DNA from: Chlorokybus atmophyticus
Lineage: Eukaryota; Plantae; Mesostigma and Chlorokybus algae
Assembly (NCBI GenBank): GCA_009103225.1
Contig: RHPI01002533.1
Location: forward strand, 585,368 to 649,367
Direction: 5' to 3'
Length of the DNA: 64,000 nt
Under the pieces are notes generated by a model that worked only from the letters and a program-made list of their open reading frames with translations, searched no databases and was not told where the DNA came from. The translations under genes were made by a program, and so were the position numbers. This document shows positions 1 through 13,850 of the stretch, one piece after another. Position 1 is the first letter of the stretch, and every line of letters begins with the position of its first letter.

Positions 1-3000
1 TTGCTTGATGGCGACCAAGAAGGTTGCAAGGACGTCTGTTTGCAGGAGGGACCAGTTGTGTACATGAAGCTTGTGCGTGGCCATAGGGAAACACATGTAT
101 ATATGCCTGGCAGATGTGTCGCATGTTTCTGCACCTGTTACATGCCAATACCGCAACACAAATGTTTGTCAAATGCACGTGCATAACCTATCAAGTACAT
201 TACACAATGCCTGCGCTGGAAGTCAGTTTTGATGACGAAAATTCAATACATGAGCATTGACATGACTTCAGCTGGTGTACGTATGTAGATGTACATACTT
301 CATTCCGTGAGATTATTTTGCATGAGGACGACTGTTGTGCCTGCAGGTTTTTAGTGCAACCAGTAGTGCCTACCTGCATACCTGTATTCATGCAGATGTA
401 TTGAAACTGAAAACATAATCATCATCGCTTCTGCATATGAGCAACCCCAACCCCACCACCCAACCCCACCACCAGCACCTGCCAACTGCCAGCACCACCG
501 AACTGCCAATGACACCAATCTACCAGCAGAACAGCTCCCACCCGAACGGCCCTGCGCGTGTGGTGCTTACGTAGGCAGCACACAGCGAGGGTTAGGGTAG
601 ACTGGCAGCCAGGGCCGCGGCATGAGCGGCGAGATGCACAGAGTGGCGGGGAAGAGGGAGAGCGAAAGGGAGGGAGTCGTCGTCATTGTGATTGCCATGC
701 TGCCCGTTGACACCAGCGACTAACAGCAGCCCGTATGGGCAGGTAATGATAAACGTGTGCATGTACATGCATGTCTAAGGGGAAGGCTAGTAGCTGGTAG
801 TTTAGTGCAGTAGATCACGGTGGTGACAACGGTGAAATGTATACTAGTGTGCATGTAATGCTTGAGTGGTTGTGATACATTGCATGCGTGTGCCTATAGC
901 ACGTCATATATCCTGTACACTCACCTTGTTACTACATGCGCGACCACCGGGCTACCTACTTTACTCCTACACCTACATCTACGCCCCCCTGTTAGTCATG
1001 CATGCATTAGTTGCAATCGTTTACCTGCACCAGCGTAGCCACGTGGTTAGCGGCCCATTTGCAGCAGCACCAGCGGTCACAACAGCAGCAGGACTTGGAC
1101 TCCCCCTCCCTCCTCCCTTCCCTACACCCTCCCTCCTCCCGCCGTCTTGACGCTCTGCCGTCCGCTTGCCCGCAACTGCGTCGCTGCAGCCAGGGTTAGG
1201 GTTCGCGCCCATTGGCAGCATGCAGTCTCATGCACGGCATGTAGCACACTGCTGTCGCTGCGCTGCTGTGTGGTGCGCACTATATGCACATCCATCCCAT
1301 GACCAAGGACACTGATTAAAGAGTTGTGTTTGATGGTCACTTTCAATGTTAGATAACATTCGACGTGACAATCTATCTATGTATACATCAATCTCCATAA
1401 CTACTCTAGGCATGCAATAAGTACACCTCCATCTTTGGGCGCAAATGTGACATCATGCAGTTCAACAGGAAGCCCTAAATAATGTACCAGGGAAATTGCC
1501 TCAACTTATACATGCCCATGCGCATAGGTATGGGCCCAACTGCAATGAACCAAAATTGCCATAAAAGTGTTAAGTCCACTACGAACAATTCGTGCCACTA
1601 TGGTAGTATAAAATCCGTGAACGAAACGCTCACCAACAATGTTGAGTTTAAGCACGCGCCATGCAGCATGACGGTACCCAAGGCACGTTGCGAAACCTGG
1701 TTTACAAAGGGTTCTATTGCATTTGCTAGAAGCGTCTTTGGATGACCTCACATACCCACAAACACCAAATGCAATTGAGACACAAGTCAATCATGATGAG
1801 TCTAATCACAATGTAAGACGCCTGCAGCAAGTGACTTTTGTCCACTCCTAATGGTTGTTGAAAGTTACGTGTTAACACAACCGCGATAACCGTAGCTGCA
1901 GCAGCACCATCATTCTCACCTTGATGTTGTTCAACATGTCAACATGTCAGCATGTCAACCCAAGACCGTTGTATCCCAACGAGTCAACATCAGTCATGAA
2001 CAGCAACCCTCACATGTGCTACTCGCTCATCGCATCCGCAACCGCAACAGCGCCGATCACAGGTTGTGCATGCGCATGCATGTCCTGCATTTGATGTACA
2101 TGAACTCTTGCATTGAGCTTGCCCAAACAAGCAGCAGCGCTTGAAACACAATGTGCAATTGCATGATCTACTGACTGCAGTGCTGTATGCACATGTAGGC
2201 CTGCCAGCACACCACCTCCACAATATGTCATGCGTGGTGTAATCTGGCAGAGGGTAACCACTGCCAAAGCACAGCGTAACATGCGAGGTCTGAAAGTCAG
2301 GTAAGCAGGCTTACACATGACTTGAAAACTTGCATGAGAGGCCATGTTCGTTATCATGACTGACATCACCATTGCTACAGCGGGCAAGCAGGTAAAAGAC
2401 ACCCATGACAAAATTTATACACGCCAAGTTGTCCGGGTCGCTACTATGCGCAGGTGCATGTGCTTGTGCGTGCACGAGTGGGTGTGCGCGCGTGTAGATG
2501 GAGGTGCGTGACAGTGTAGCCAAACTTGGCGGCTTGCCTTCACAGTCCACGTACTGGACAAAGGTCCAAGCAACAGGCAACGGAAAGCAAAACAACAACC
2601 GCATACGAAAGGCGTAGTCAAACGAACATGCAATAGCTACTTTTGCTTACTGTATATGCTTTGGCTAGGCGCGAGGGAGAGCAGATTGCTAAGCTGACTG
2701 TATACAGAAACTGCAAGTGATGTATGCAACAAGCAGTAATGTTTGCAACTCTGCGCTGGATTGATAATTTCAGACCACAAGTGAAAAACAAGCAAACCCA
2801 GATGTTTCAGCGATCTTGCAAGCGGAGCACACCCAGTGACAAACACGACACGCCTACAGCTCTTAGCCACACATCTCGTACTGCTTGTCATCCTCCTCCT
2901 CGTGCTCCACCACTATCACCACCGCCTACTCGTCAGGCACTTTGCGCCGCCGCGGCCGCCGCCGACATGTCGCCCAATGTCTAGCTCCAATTTGCACTAC

Positions 3001-4209
3001 AGTGGCGGTTTGACAGTGAGCTTGTAGAAATTTTCAGGGCGGAGGCCGCGGGAATGGCGGCATTGACGCCAGCGTGCAGCACGTCCTCCGTTTCGACGCC
3101 AGCGCTGCTACCTTCAAGTGCGTGCCAGCAGAGGCTCCGCCGCCGCAGCCAGCGACGCCGACGACGAGCGCATCTAGGACAAGCAGCCGCGGCAGCAGGA
3201 GATCGTCATGACCGAGGTGAGCGGTGAATGAAGCAGCAAAGCAAAGCTGCGCAAGCAAGACAGCTGGCAGCTTGCTTGCGTGCAATGTTCATGCCACTTG
3301 CTTGCGTGCACTGCTTGCAAACTTGATGGCCAACCGAGGCAGCAAGCGTGTAAGAGCACTGCCTGCTTGCTTTTCCAAAGGCAAGCAGGCAAGTGTTTCA
3401 ACTTCTGTCTTAGCTGATGACATCGTGTAGATGTAAGGTGGCTGTAGTCAGTGTCGTTTTACTTGAAACCCCACGCCACTTCTGGCCTCGGTTGTAAGTA
3501 GTTCGTTGATTGTTCACGTGGTTGCTTGCTGGCTTGCTTGAGAGCAAGCAATGCAAGCGTCCAATCCTGAGGAAGGCAGAAGTTGCGCCAGTATTGGACA
3601 CAGCTGGGATGAATCCAAGACAAGGTAAGCTGAGCTGAGCTCAGCTTAGCTAAGCTTAGTTCGGCGTTTGAAATGTCTCTCTTGCAGGCACGCTGTTGTT
3701 GCAAGAAGTATGTTTGCTCAGGTCGGGTCAATAATCTTGATCATGCCGGTCATGTAACTTGCTTTGCACTTCACTCTCTTGGTAACAATTGCAGTAGCAT
3801 CCAGCTTGTGTTGAAACCTCTTCAAACTCACTTGCACACCTACTTACACAAGCACACGCAAGCACAGACAAATTCAGGCAAGAGTGCACGCTTGTCAGTC
3901 ACTCGTGTGCAGTGCTTAGCGAGGGTAGCACAACACCGCCACAACTGCCACCCACCTAAATATTAACGCCAGCCACAACGGCAACAACACCCACAACACC
4001 CGCAAAAAGTGCTGTCATCTTATTTGCAGAAGCAGCGACAGACGGGGCGGCAGCAGCATTGGCATGGCCAAAGCCCGCACGGACGTTCATGACATCGCCT
4101 GCGCCAATGTACAGTCAATTTTTGGTGAGCTAGCTTCAGTACTTAATGAACCTCCTTCACCTGTCGTGTTCATCTCTTGGGCAAACCACGACAATGACAA
4201 CACCAACAA

Positions 4210-6605
4210 ATGGGGAGTATGCAGGGGTGGGCTCTGGCCATGGGTGCCGCAGGGGCGGCTGGCTTGACAGCGGCAAAGCCTGCACATCTGCTGCCAGCTG
4301 CTTCAAGAAGAACGGAAAAGTCCTTTGTCGTGAGGGCGTCCTCAACGCCATCATCGTCATCATCGTCCTCCTCTCCGTCCTCCTCCTCGTCCTCTCCATC
4401 CACGTCCTCCTCTCCAGGTGACGCCTTGCGCAGCCTCCCGCTGAGACGCGATCCTCCTGCCACTCGCCGCTTGCCCGCTCCGCCAGCTGGTGCCACCCCT
4501 CCCGGTGAAAATGGTGCACTTGCAGTTGCTGGACCTCCACCTACTCCTCCTCCATCTCCGCCTAATCCTCCAGCTCCTCCCCCGCAGCGCCGCACCCGTA
4601 GATCTGGCGTGGACATTGAAGAGGTGAGACCACTTGAACACTCCGACCGTTGGTGTTGATACTTGACCACCACGCATCTGAGTATTCAAGCCCGGGAGCT
4701 TGCATGCCAATTAGCTAGCATGCAAGCCACCTGGCATGATGTCGTTTTGGCAAGCATGCTAGTAAAGCTATGTCTTTCTTTGTCTCTTGTCTCTTGTTGG
4801 TTACAGGTGAGGCGGTCCATTGAGAGGCTTGAAGGCAAGGATCGGGTGGTGAGGGCGACGCTGAAAGAGCTTGCGGATGCCATGGCTGCATTCGGGCAGG
4901 AGAATGGCACAGCTGCTGCACCTGCCAGCAGCAGCAGCAACAGCAGCAACAGCAGCAGCACAGATGTCAGTCTCAGCCTCAGCCCCAGCAATGCCAGCAC
5001 TGGCAACGGCGCAAGCACGAGTGCGAGCGCGAGCGCCAGTGTCAGCGGTCAAGGTGTTGACGTTGCGAGCACAGCTGAAGAGAACTTGAACGAGGAGGAG
5101 GAGGATGTGGTGTGCGTCGTGACGCATCCGGGCGCAGAAAGCTGCACCAAGACTATCATCGCCACCGATCTTGCAAACCGGTGAGTGCTGCGGGTCAATT
5201 GTTTTCTGGCCACACCGGACAAGTAAAGACTGTCATGCAAATGGCTGACATCCTTGCATGGATGCAATTTGGCAAAAAGGTTGCAACTGAGATGGCATGC
5301 TGTTGTACTGTTGTCATTGTTCAGGACGGCCATGGTGACCATGACGACCACAGTGCACATGCAAGACATTGATGGCGTTGCATCGGCAATGACCGCCCGG
5401 GACTTTGTGGCGCTGGCAGCACAGGGTCTTGCTGAGGCCGCCTTGGAATTGAAAGAAAGCCGCTCGCAAGATTTTGGTGGCGTGCGCAAAGAGATATTGC
5501 AGTTGCATGAAGGCATCGTCAACGTGCTTGCCAAAGGCAAAGTCATTTCTACCAAACCTAATGAGCCCCCCAGCAACTTTGGACACGAGAGCTTCATATG
5601 CGAGTTGGAGGACAAGAGCACCGGCAAAGTGGTATATACACCCTCAACTGCAATGCATGCTGCTGAAAGGTTTTGTGCTGTTTGTGCTTTACCCGACTGT
5701 TTGCCAGCTTAAAGCGTTGTTCAAGCCAACGATTGAGGGTCACGCGGATGGCTGGCATCGCGCTCCCATCGAGTGGGTAGCTTATGAGCTGAACCTGCTG
5801 CTGGGCATGGATTACGTCCCGCCTGTAAGTTGGTAACAATGCTGCTGATACGACGTCTCCTGCGCAGTGCGTTGCACGCTGTTGTTGGCACACCAGTTAC
5901 ACATACGGTTGAACAATTGCACATGACCAGGTGGCCTACCGAAGGGGAGGAATCAGTGTGTGCGGCCGGACATTTGAGCAAGGCGCGTTTATATACTATG
6001 CCCCCAACTGCAGGCCGCTAAACAGGGTGCATCCAGACAACTGGGGGGTGCCGGTTGAGAGGCTGCTGAGTGACACGCGGATACTCGACGTGCTGCTCAA
6101 CAACTCGGACCGGCACGCCGGTCACTTCCTTCTTGGAGAACACTGGGCCACTGGGGCAATGTCGGCTATTCTGATCGACCATGCAGCAGGCTTTCGCAAG
6201 GTCAGTCTGTCTTGGGGGGGGGGGTATTTGTCTCGGCGCCAAAGTGAAGTACTTGCTGCTGACCTGTGGCTGTGTGTATGTGGGTGTGTGCAGGAGGCTG
6301 TTGTGAACATGACGCATGAGAACGCGTTTGAAACCGGCCCCGTGCGCTCCGTCTCTGCACAGACGTACCTTCGGTTGCGGTTTCTAGACGCCACTACGAT
6401 CCGGCACAGATTTGCCAGCGTGCTGTCGGAACGAGAGATGAAGAGCATGCTCGCACGACGCAAACTGGTATGTACATGCATGCATGTGCCTCGTCCATAT
6501 GTACTTATTACAATGGGCTAAGGCAGCTGTGTTATGCGCCAGGTTCTCGACTATCTGGACGAGCTGGTGGAAAGCAAAGGTTACAATGAGACGGTTCTGA
6601 GCTGA
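4210..6605 (+). CDS. Probably plastid-targeted atypical kinase of the PI4K type II-like fold; multi-exon
   Basis: The N-terminus is Ser/Ala/Arg-rich and transit-peptide-like (KSFVVRASSTPSSSS). Spliced exons give LFKP (ATP Lys), EWVAYELNLLLGMDYVPP, LLNNSDRHAGHF (catalytic loop) and AILIDH. The last exon VLDYLDELVESKGYNETVLS ends at TGA 6603-6605. Start codon uncertain (4210 or 4240). Confidence 0.75.
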
Positions 6606-7310
6606 GCTCAGCTGAGCTGAGCTGATTCGGGCTTATGTGATGAGCGATTCTAGACACAGACGCGTTGCCACATAAAGAGGGTCGCTGGCTGAGGTGGATT
6701 GGACCAAGCAGGTCGCCTAGATTCTTTGGTATAATTAGGGCACATACCTTTGGCATAACTAGGACACATACCTTACTGACCATAACCTTGTAATGTCACC
6801 GTGGGAGTAAAGTGGATGTGATTGTGGTTGACAACCTTGCGGCTTGCGACCTTCTGAACATGTTGTTGGAAGGCCTCCACAGCATGAACCAAGCGACAAC
6901 GTCGTGCACAGCATGTCCCAATATGTATTTTCCACAAACCAGGTTTGGGATGGTTCCATGCCAACCAAGCATTTATCTAATTGGCATGAAGTCATGCCCG
7001 ACACCTAAACTAGTATATCTTGAAACTGGTGGTGCTCGCACCAGTGCTTTACTTGTGAGAATGACGTGGTAAACTATCATTCATGTATACAGATATGCAT
7101 AAGATGTACACAAATGAGCGGCACAGTTGGCATGCTTGGATGCAAACAACCACAGTATCAGAGACTAGCGCAATACTCCCCCTAAGTTACAAACCATGCT
7201 TGGTCAAGCAGATATGTCGAGCACAGCACTGTTTGCTACATTCATCCTTTGTTTAATGTACCACAATCACAGTGTACAAAACAGGCTACTAGATACTGCA
7301 TATCAACACA

Positions 7311-8035
7311 TCAGCTGAATGCGCCGCTGGACTGCCTGCGTAACCGCTCGAACCGCCAAATTGCTGAGCCAAAAGCAACCACAACCGCAATCCCAAGCAG
7401 CCAAGGGAAGCGCTTTGGCAAAGGCGCATCTCGTCGCGGGCTGGCATGCAATGACGGATGCTGTTGGTGTCCATTTGTTGCATGGTCGTGCCTCGAATCA
7501 CCATTCTGGTCATGCTCGTTGGCTTCCAGTTCCCATAAGTGCAGCTGCTCATGATCGCGTAACGACCGCAACATTACATACTTGTTGCAGTTGTGGCAAA
7601 GCTCCGTCCGGCTCCCGCATGTGTTCTCGTGCTCTGACAGGTCTGTCGCCACACACGGCAGCTCGCAAAACTCGCAAGCTATTAGTCGGCGCGGGCATGC
7701 ATTGCTTTCATGGTCCTCCATGTGTCGCACCTCAAGCTGTGTACCGCACTTGCTGCATGGCATCTATGCACACATGACAGCATCAAGTGTGTACAGCGTG
7801 ATGCAACGTCACGGACATGTTTCCATCACCTGTCCAAAGTTCACACCACACATGCAAGCATGCTATGCTGCGTGTAGCGTATTTATCTTGCCCGAGTACC
7901 TGTGCATGCTGTTGCTGGAAGTGCTCCTGCTTGGAACTGCGAGGGATCATTCCTCCGCATAATTGGCAGCGCTCCAAGTTGCGCCTGCAGTGCACTTCAT
8001 GCAAGGCCAGGTTGCCAGCAGGAATTGTAGAGCCG
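7311..8035 (-). CDS. TRAF-type zinc-finger protein with C-terminal transmembrane anchor (XAF1/TRAFD1-like, plant type); 5' exon not resolved
   Basis: Repeated Cys/His units: HEVHCRRNLERCQLCGGMIPRSSKQEHFQQQH, CSKCGTQLEVRHMEDHESNACPRRLIACEFCELP, HENTCGSRTELCHNCNKYVMLR. Hydrophobic tail WLLGIAVVVAFGSAIW. One intron between ~7765 and ~7890. Confidence 0.8.
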
Positions 8036-8799
8036 CTGCGCGCACAAAGTGGTGTCAAGGTTGTCCGTGAGGCAGCTTGGAATGCAGCACTGCAGGGGAT
8101 GCGTAACACTACATTGTGCCCATAAGGCTGGAACTGGAATCACCAAGTCGCTGCATGCAGCACGCAACATGTACCAGTGGTCTTATTTTTGAAGGGGTAA
8201 ACTTCAAGCAACGTAAGAGCAATGAGCTTTTGGCCACTGCTGGCAGTCACGGTCTGCATTGGTGGGTTCAACCTGTCTTTGACAATCAGCTCCGACGACG
8301 TCTGACTACACGCACTGCGCATGCTATCAGGTGTTCCATCGATAGCTACACACTCTCTACAAGGCAACGACCACCTTCTACAACCTCGCCCCAGCACAAG
8401 CAAGCTCACAAGCGTGCTCCACAAGCAGGGAATGCTCCATGCAAGAAGATTGCTGATTCATTTGCTGAGCCATAGCATAGATAAGGTGCCGAAAGCAAGC
8501 AATTTGCGTGAAGAACTCTGGTTGCTTACCAGTGCGTGCACACCGCCTCCAACACAGAGCTCTCCACCAACTTCATGGTGGTGAATCTGCAGCTGTTGCC
8601 TTGAATAGCAAGCTTCAATGGCCAAGCAGCACAGCCGCCTAGTCAATTGAGCAGTTTGCTTAGCAAAGTTTGCCACACAAATTGCCGCCACCGTCGCCGC
8701 TAGTAACGCCCGTGTTGAGCAATACTGCAACTGTTGTTTTTGCAACTGCTGGTGGGCAAGTTGTTGACGGGGCGGCGGAGGAGGACAAGGCGGCGGCGG

Positions 8800-11700
8800 G
8801 GCCGTTCAGGTGCGCTGCAACGGGCGATGAGTGCTTGCGGGCGGGTGGTTGCGTTAGTTGAGAGGATAGAAAATTAGCTGAGGCTGAAGACGAGAATGCT
8901 GTAAGCTTGTGACAGTGCGGGCTGGTAGCTTTGAGTTGAGCAGCCTTCAACGCATTGTGATCTCTCTAGGCATGTTATACAGGTGACCAACTGGTTGTCG
9001 TGGTGTAGCATGTTACTAATGAATGCCGTCGCTGTTGTCGTGGCTTTTTGCCTGACGTCGTGTGCATAATTGCCCCAGCATTTGGACCACTAGCTGATTG
9101 TTCGCAACTGCTGTTAGCGACAAAACCACTGTTTTGTCGAGTGTTGCGGTGGGGCAATAGCTGCATCACAGAGATTGCTACATACAGGGGGTTAACGCAA
9201 CAACCGTAACCACAACCTGTGAATCTCTGTGACACTGTCAGCAAACACAAAGGACCCGGTAAGCATGTTGAGAAAAGAGCGAGAGCATACTGCTGGACTC
9301 CTCAGCTAGGTGCTCATGCTAACGGCATGCACAACGCCTGATATGCGCTTCGGTAGCTTCGCGAGGCTGATCGGCATTGATGCTACACTGGCCTCCGTCC
9401 GTTTCAACTTCCTACATCACGCTGTGGTAAATACTGTTGGAGTGTTTGGTGCATTACTCTCATCACCAGGTTGCGTTGTTGGCACCAAGCAGTACAGCCT
9501 GCGATGCCGATACGTACAAAGGCTTGCCTTGTGCATGGATGTATGAGTGTGTACAACGCTCTTAACGATACGAAGATGCAGGTATTATTGTCCGCGCGCT
9601 CTCCAGCAGCGATGCCAGGTCAGATATGCTGCATGCTAGAGCGAGCTAATTAGCTGTGCTCCGTCAGATTAAACCATCGTTTTTGTTACCTGCCAGCAGT
9701 GTCATGACAGTTGGGTGCTTCGGGTAGTTGCAGGAGCACTATGCCCACATCTGGCAGTTTGTCTTGTCCTGCATGCATGCATGGGCGTGGGTCAGGTGCA
9801 GAGCGCCTTCGGCGCGCTAGCTGCGAAATCGCAATAAGGGCCACCCGATCAGCGCCAGCTCCTCCTGGTCCTGGTTATGACTGTTTGGCAAGCGGTTGCT
9901 TATCGCGCTACAAGTTGGTGAGCTGCTTGCTGCTGTTGTCTGTGCACAATAGTTGTCGTGCATGTGGTGTTGACTGCAAACTGACTTGCAGCCAAGCACT
10001 CTAGCAAGCTGTGTTGGTTGACATGTACGCAACTAGCTGCACTTGGACGTCCACAAAACCAATCAATTACATAAGAGAGCCAGTCGAGCTCCCAAGGTAT
10101 CTCTGGTAATCATCTAGAAATCTATTGAAATTTTTGCTGAAGTACAGCACAGTCGCAGATTGTCGCGTGGCAAAATCTGAGTTATGACCACGCACGGAGT
10201 TGTGGGCCACCTCATGACAGACGCTCAGAAACCAGTCCACTATCATATCCGTATTGTTCCCTTGGTAGAAGCCAGCATTGAACCAGAGCTCGCCTTGTCG
10301 GTTGAACGCCTTAACTGGGGACTCCTCATCATAGAAGATCATGATGCCCCAGTTGGGCTGCGCAAACACGTGTTGTACAAACAGTTGTAGAAACCCGAAC
10401 AAGCCAAGACATCTGTCCAGCTGTTCCTGAGACAGCTGTTTGCCAGCTGGCAGGTACACATGGCATGGCATGCTTGCTCCTTCACTTGAGGTATTGAGGC
10501 AGTAGTTTGACTTGAGCAGGTCGATCCTTGGACCTGCACATGGCTCCAGCTTGGGTGCCACACCAGGTCCGCCAGGTATAACGCCTTGTACGTGTCCGTC
10601 ACGACAGTGCCTTCCCAGAGACCCGCTGACTGCGTCCTGCACACGACGGGTATGCTCTGGTTGCCGTGTATCTGGATGATCAGTGGTTTCCTCTGTGCTG
10701 TCGACAACCACCCACTCGTCTTCTGCGTGTCCTGCTTGCTGCGGTGATGTGGGTGTTGCAGGTGTTTGTGACCTGTCGCCTCGTTGTTGTGAATGCTGCT
10801 GTTGTTGCCTTGGAGGTGCAGGTGATGCTGGCGGCATCTCTTGCGGGCCTGCAGGCAGCTGCCCAATGCTCTCCAATGCTGGTGCGTTGACTGCTATCAG
10901 CCGCGCCATGATGTCCTTGTGAATGTCGGGGTGTTTGTCTCTCAGGGCCTTTAGCTCCATGATCTCAAATATTATCAGGTTGATGAGGCATGCGCCTCTG
11001 TTGCATTGGGTCCTCTGACACTGCATTGTACGCCTGTGCTTGGCCACCAGCCTTTGGTGAACCCGCTCCAAGGACTGCAGGTACTTGAATTGTATCACGA
11101 GTCTCAGTGGCTGTCCGTGCAGTGCAAAGATCACGTTGTCAAACCTGTTGTTGTAGTCTCTCACTAGCAAGGCGGTCACTGGGATCGCCAGAGAGTTTGC
11201 TACAATGCTCAGCACTTTCTGAACATCATGGCGCTGTTCTGCAGTCATATCAGGTTCTCCCTTGTCCACCAGCTCCTTCGACTTCCAGGACCAAGCCTCG
11301 TCAATGCTCGACAGCAGACCAGCATACTTCCATATATCCAACATTGCTGCAGACACAATCTGCGGCACGTAGTCAAGCATTTCAACAATGTCTTGGTCAA
11401 GATGATGGCGTGTCGGGAAATGATCCTCGCCGAAAATTTCCCACAGTCCATGGGCCAATGCCCGCATTTTCTTGCTTTTCCCGCTTTTTGCTGCATGGGC
11501 TTGCAATGCAGAAGCAATACTTGAGGCTTCGTTGGTGTCAATGGCGTTGTACAGGGCTTTGCAAAGGCGTTGGTATGCAGCTTTACTGTGAGGGACATTG
11601 TTTTTGTGCTGCTCGTTCAACTGGTACACTGCAGCGGGAAGGACGCGGCACAGCAGGGCAGGTATGGATATGCTTGAGCGATCGCGTTCAACACCAAATG

Positions 11701-13850
11701 ACTGCAGTTCTGATGTACTCCCTGTGTAGTTCAACCCGATGCCGAGCACTGTCTCCCAAGAACTGTACTGCACCTGGATGCCGTGCAGAAAGATTTTGCC
11801 CTCATAGGCTCTATCGTATAGGACATCCGCTTCTGCTGTATGCAGGACATCAACGTCTGATGCCAGAAACAAGTACTTGCTCGTATCTACGAGCGGTGTT
11901 GTAAAGTGTCTTCCAAAAACTGTGCATACTGGCGTTCCGCAGACTGGGTGGGACTGTTGCCGGAGTAATGACCAAATTTAAGCTGTCCTGAGTGAAGCCA
12001 GGATCCCGCCGATACTCAAAGTTCCAGAGATTGTTCCCAGTAACATATCGGGCAGAAGCACCACTAGCAATCAGCCTGTTGATCTGCACTTTCATGCCTT
12101 CACCGAAGTTGCCAGCATTGTAGTCGTTGTCCCTGCTGGTGCTGTGGCCCAGGAGCATCACATCCAGTGAAAGGGTGGTGGCGAAGTTGACTGCAATAAA
12201 GCCCTGTCCGCCGGCTTTGCGACCAAAGCCCACGCAAAGGCCCAGACATTGAGCTGGTTGGTTGGCTGGTGGCAGGTCCACTTCGAGTAGGGCATGGAAG
12301 GCACTGATGCCAACCTCACGTAGCTTTGTCACGCTTGCTGCAGGTACACGCCAAGCGCCAACACGATGGGTGCGCGACAGGCGCAGACACTGGTCCATCC
12401 AGTTCTGCACCAGTTCTCGCACGCCACCATTGTAATGCGGCGAATAATCGCGTGCCATGTTGAGACTCCTTGCATAACCAACCTGCAAAGCTTGTGGCGC
12501 CTGCGAGCCTCCTCCAGACATGTTGACGGTGACCGGTCGGTGCGCTCGCAGGCACTCAACAAGTAATCTTGCAATGCACTGCTGTTGAGTATCGTCTATC
12601 TCCACAGACTGCTCTGCATGCCACAAACGATGTCAATGACTGTGTTGGAGTATGCCACTTATATCGCATTGACAACAGGCACCTGCAACGCAGTGGCCAG
12701 CAGATGTTCTTACCTTTGATCGCCATAGCAACTGCCTGCCATTCGCCATCCATTTCCGTCGCCGACTTAAAGTGGTTGTGCTCTGAGGCGAGTCAAGCGA
12801 GTCACCTGTTGTCCCGAGTATAGACATCGGTGTCATGAAGGGGGCTCAGATAAAGAGCTACAACCATTGTCGTACATGCCGACTATGCGACCCTATGAGC
12901 GCACAATGCCGAGGACTCAAAACACACACTAATCAACAACAGCCTATGCTTACTACGCTGCATCTGAGAGAGGGGGGGGCTAGGTCTGAGTGAAGTGAGA
13001 GTGGTTGCAACGACCAAACTGAATGTCGTTAAGTTCAGTCGTATTGCAGTGCTACCCATTTCATTAATGCCGCAACAGTAGCAAAGGTAGCAGGTAGAAA
13101 AGGGACAATATGCAGTGCCAAGATCATGCACGTCATGCATTTACTTACTGTCAAGATATGCAGCAGGAGGGATGGGTGGGGGAACTCGTCAACTTGGAAG
13201 CAAGTCTCACATGCGCATGCTGTCTCCTGGCAACTTGGTCACCTGTCGACTCTCCTTCGCGCTCCAGCTATAGACCACAGACCATTCTACAGTGGCTGGC
13301 TCTCAACAAGCAGCTGCTCCCGCTGACAGCTCACAGCCAGTCGCTCCCGCCCTAGCTTCGCCCCTGCAACTCTTCCCTTCTGCCCGACTCCTCGCTAGCT
13401 TAACTCAACAGCGCTTTCGAGAAGCCATCAGGGCAGGCGCAGGAGAGCCCGCGCGGTCAAGTGATGGGACGAACGTCCGCATGCGCCGGGGCGTTTGTGA
13501 TTTGCAACTTGAGAGTTACATCACATTGCCCAGGCGCTCGGGTGCAAGCGCACGTGGCAGTCGTGACTCGAACGTTCGCGTGCACAGGCGTTGCAAGTTG
13601 CGACACATATCGCCTGGCGCTCTCGGGCGCGTGATTGTGACCGCACGTGGCAATCGCGGCAGCAGCTGGTTTACTGAGCCGACTTGAGTGAAGCGAACAT
13701 GATCGCACCTGACGCGAGCTCCGAGGTTGAAGAGCAAGAGCTTTCGTCAAATTCCCATCTTTGGCCTGATAAACACACTTGTCAGGCGGGTGTGTTGTCA
13801 TACTAAAATTATGAGTTGATTTGATACATGCTTCCGCATAACAGAAGGAA
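8800..13850. repeat. Copy A of a ~5-kb segmental duplication (paralogous to ~25330-30660)
   Basis: Collinear same-orientation similarity, e.g. ctgtaagcttgtgacagtgcgggctggtagct (8900) vs ctgtaagcttgtgccagtgctggctggtagct (25490); tatagaccacagaccattctacagtggctg (13270 vs 30001); aacgtccgcatgcgccgg (13473 vs 30188). Boundaries approximate. Confidence 0.9.
10067..12753 (-). pseudogene. GHKL ATPase-HExxH metallopeptidase gene, copy A, frameshifted
   Basis: ORFs 11850-12626 and 10067-11872 together align to the single 849-aa ORF at 26812-29361. At ~11930 copy A reads gtgcatactggcg where copy B reads gtgcacactgtggcg (2-bp deletion). Motifs RELVQNWMD, GNFGEGMK and CHEVAHNSVRGHNSDF are retained. Confidence 0.8.

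Noticed and set aside
585-1205. GGGTTAGGG telomere/telo-box-like motifs at ~589 and ~1194
   Set aside because: Only 1-2 units each. Compatible with common promoter telo-boxes or chance; not an interstitial telomere array.
1-3950. Probable spliced gene(s) in the first 4 kb
   Set aside because: Splice-like signals and exon-sized frames exist on both strands, but I could not assemble a recognisable protein, so nothing is called.
3625-6630. CTGAG/CTCAG palindromic runs at ~3627-3660 and ~6598-6626
   Set aside because: Short low-complexity microsatellite-like sequence with no further structure.
8800-10050. Possible second small gene in the duplicated unit (conserved blocks with 25330-26700)
   Set aside because: Conserved blocks can be read in several frames on either strand and the substitution pattern is not decisive; coding status unresolved.
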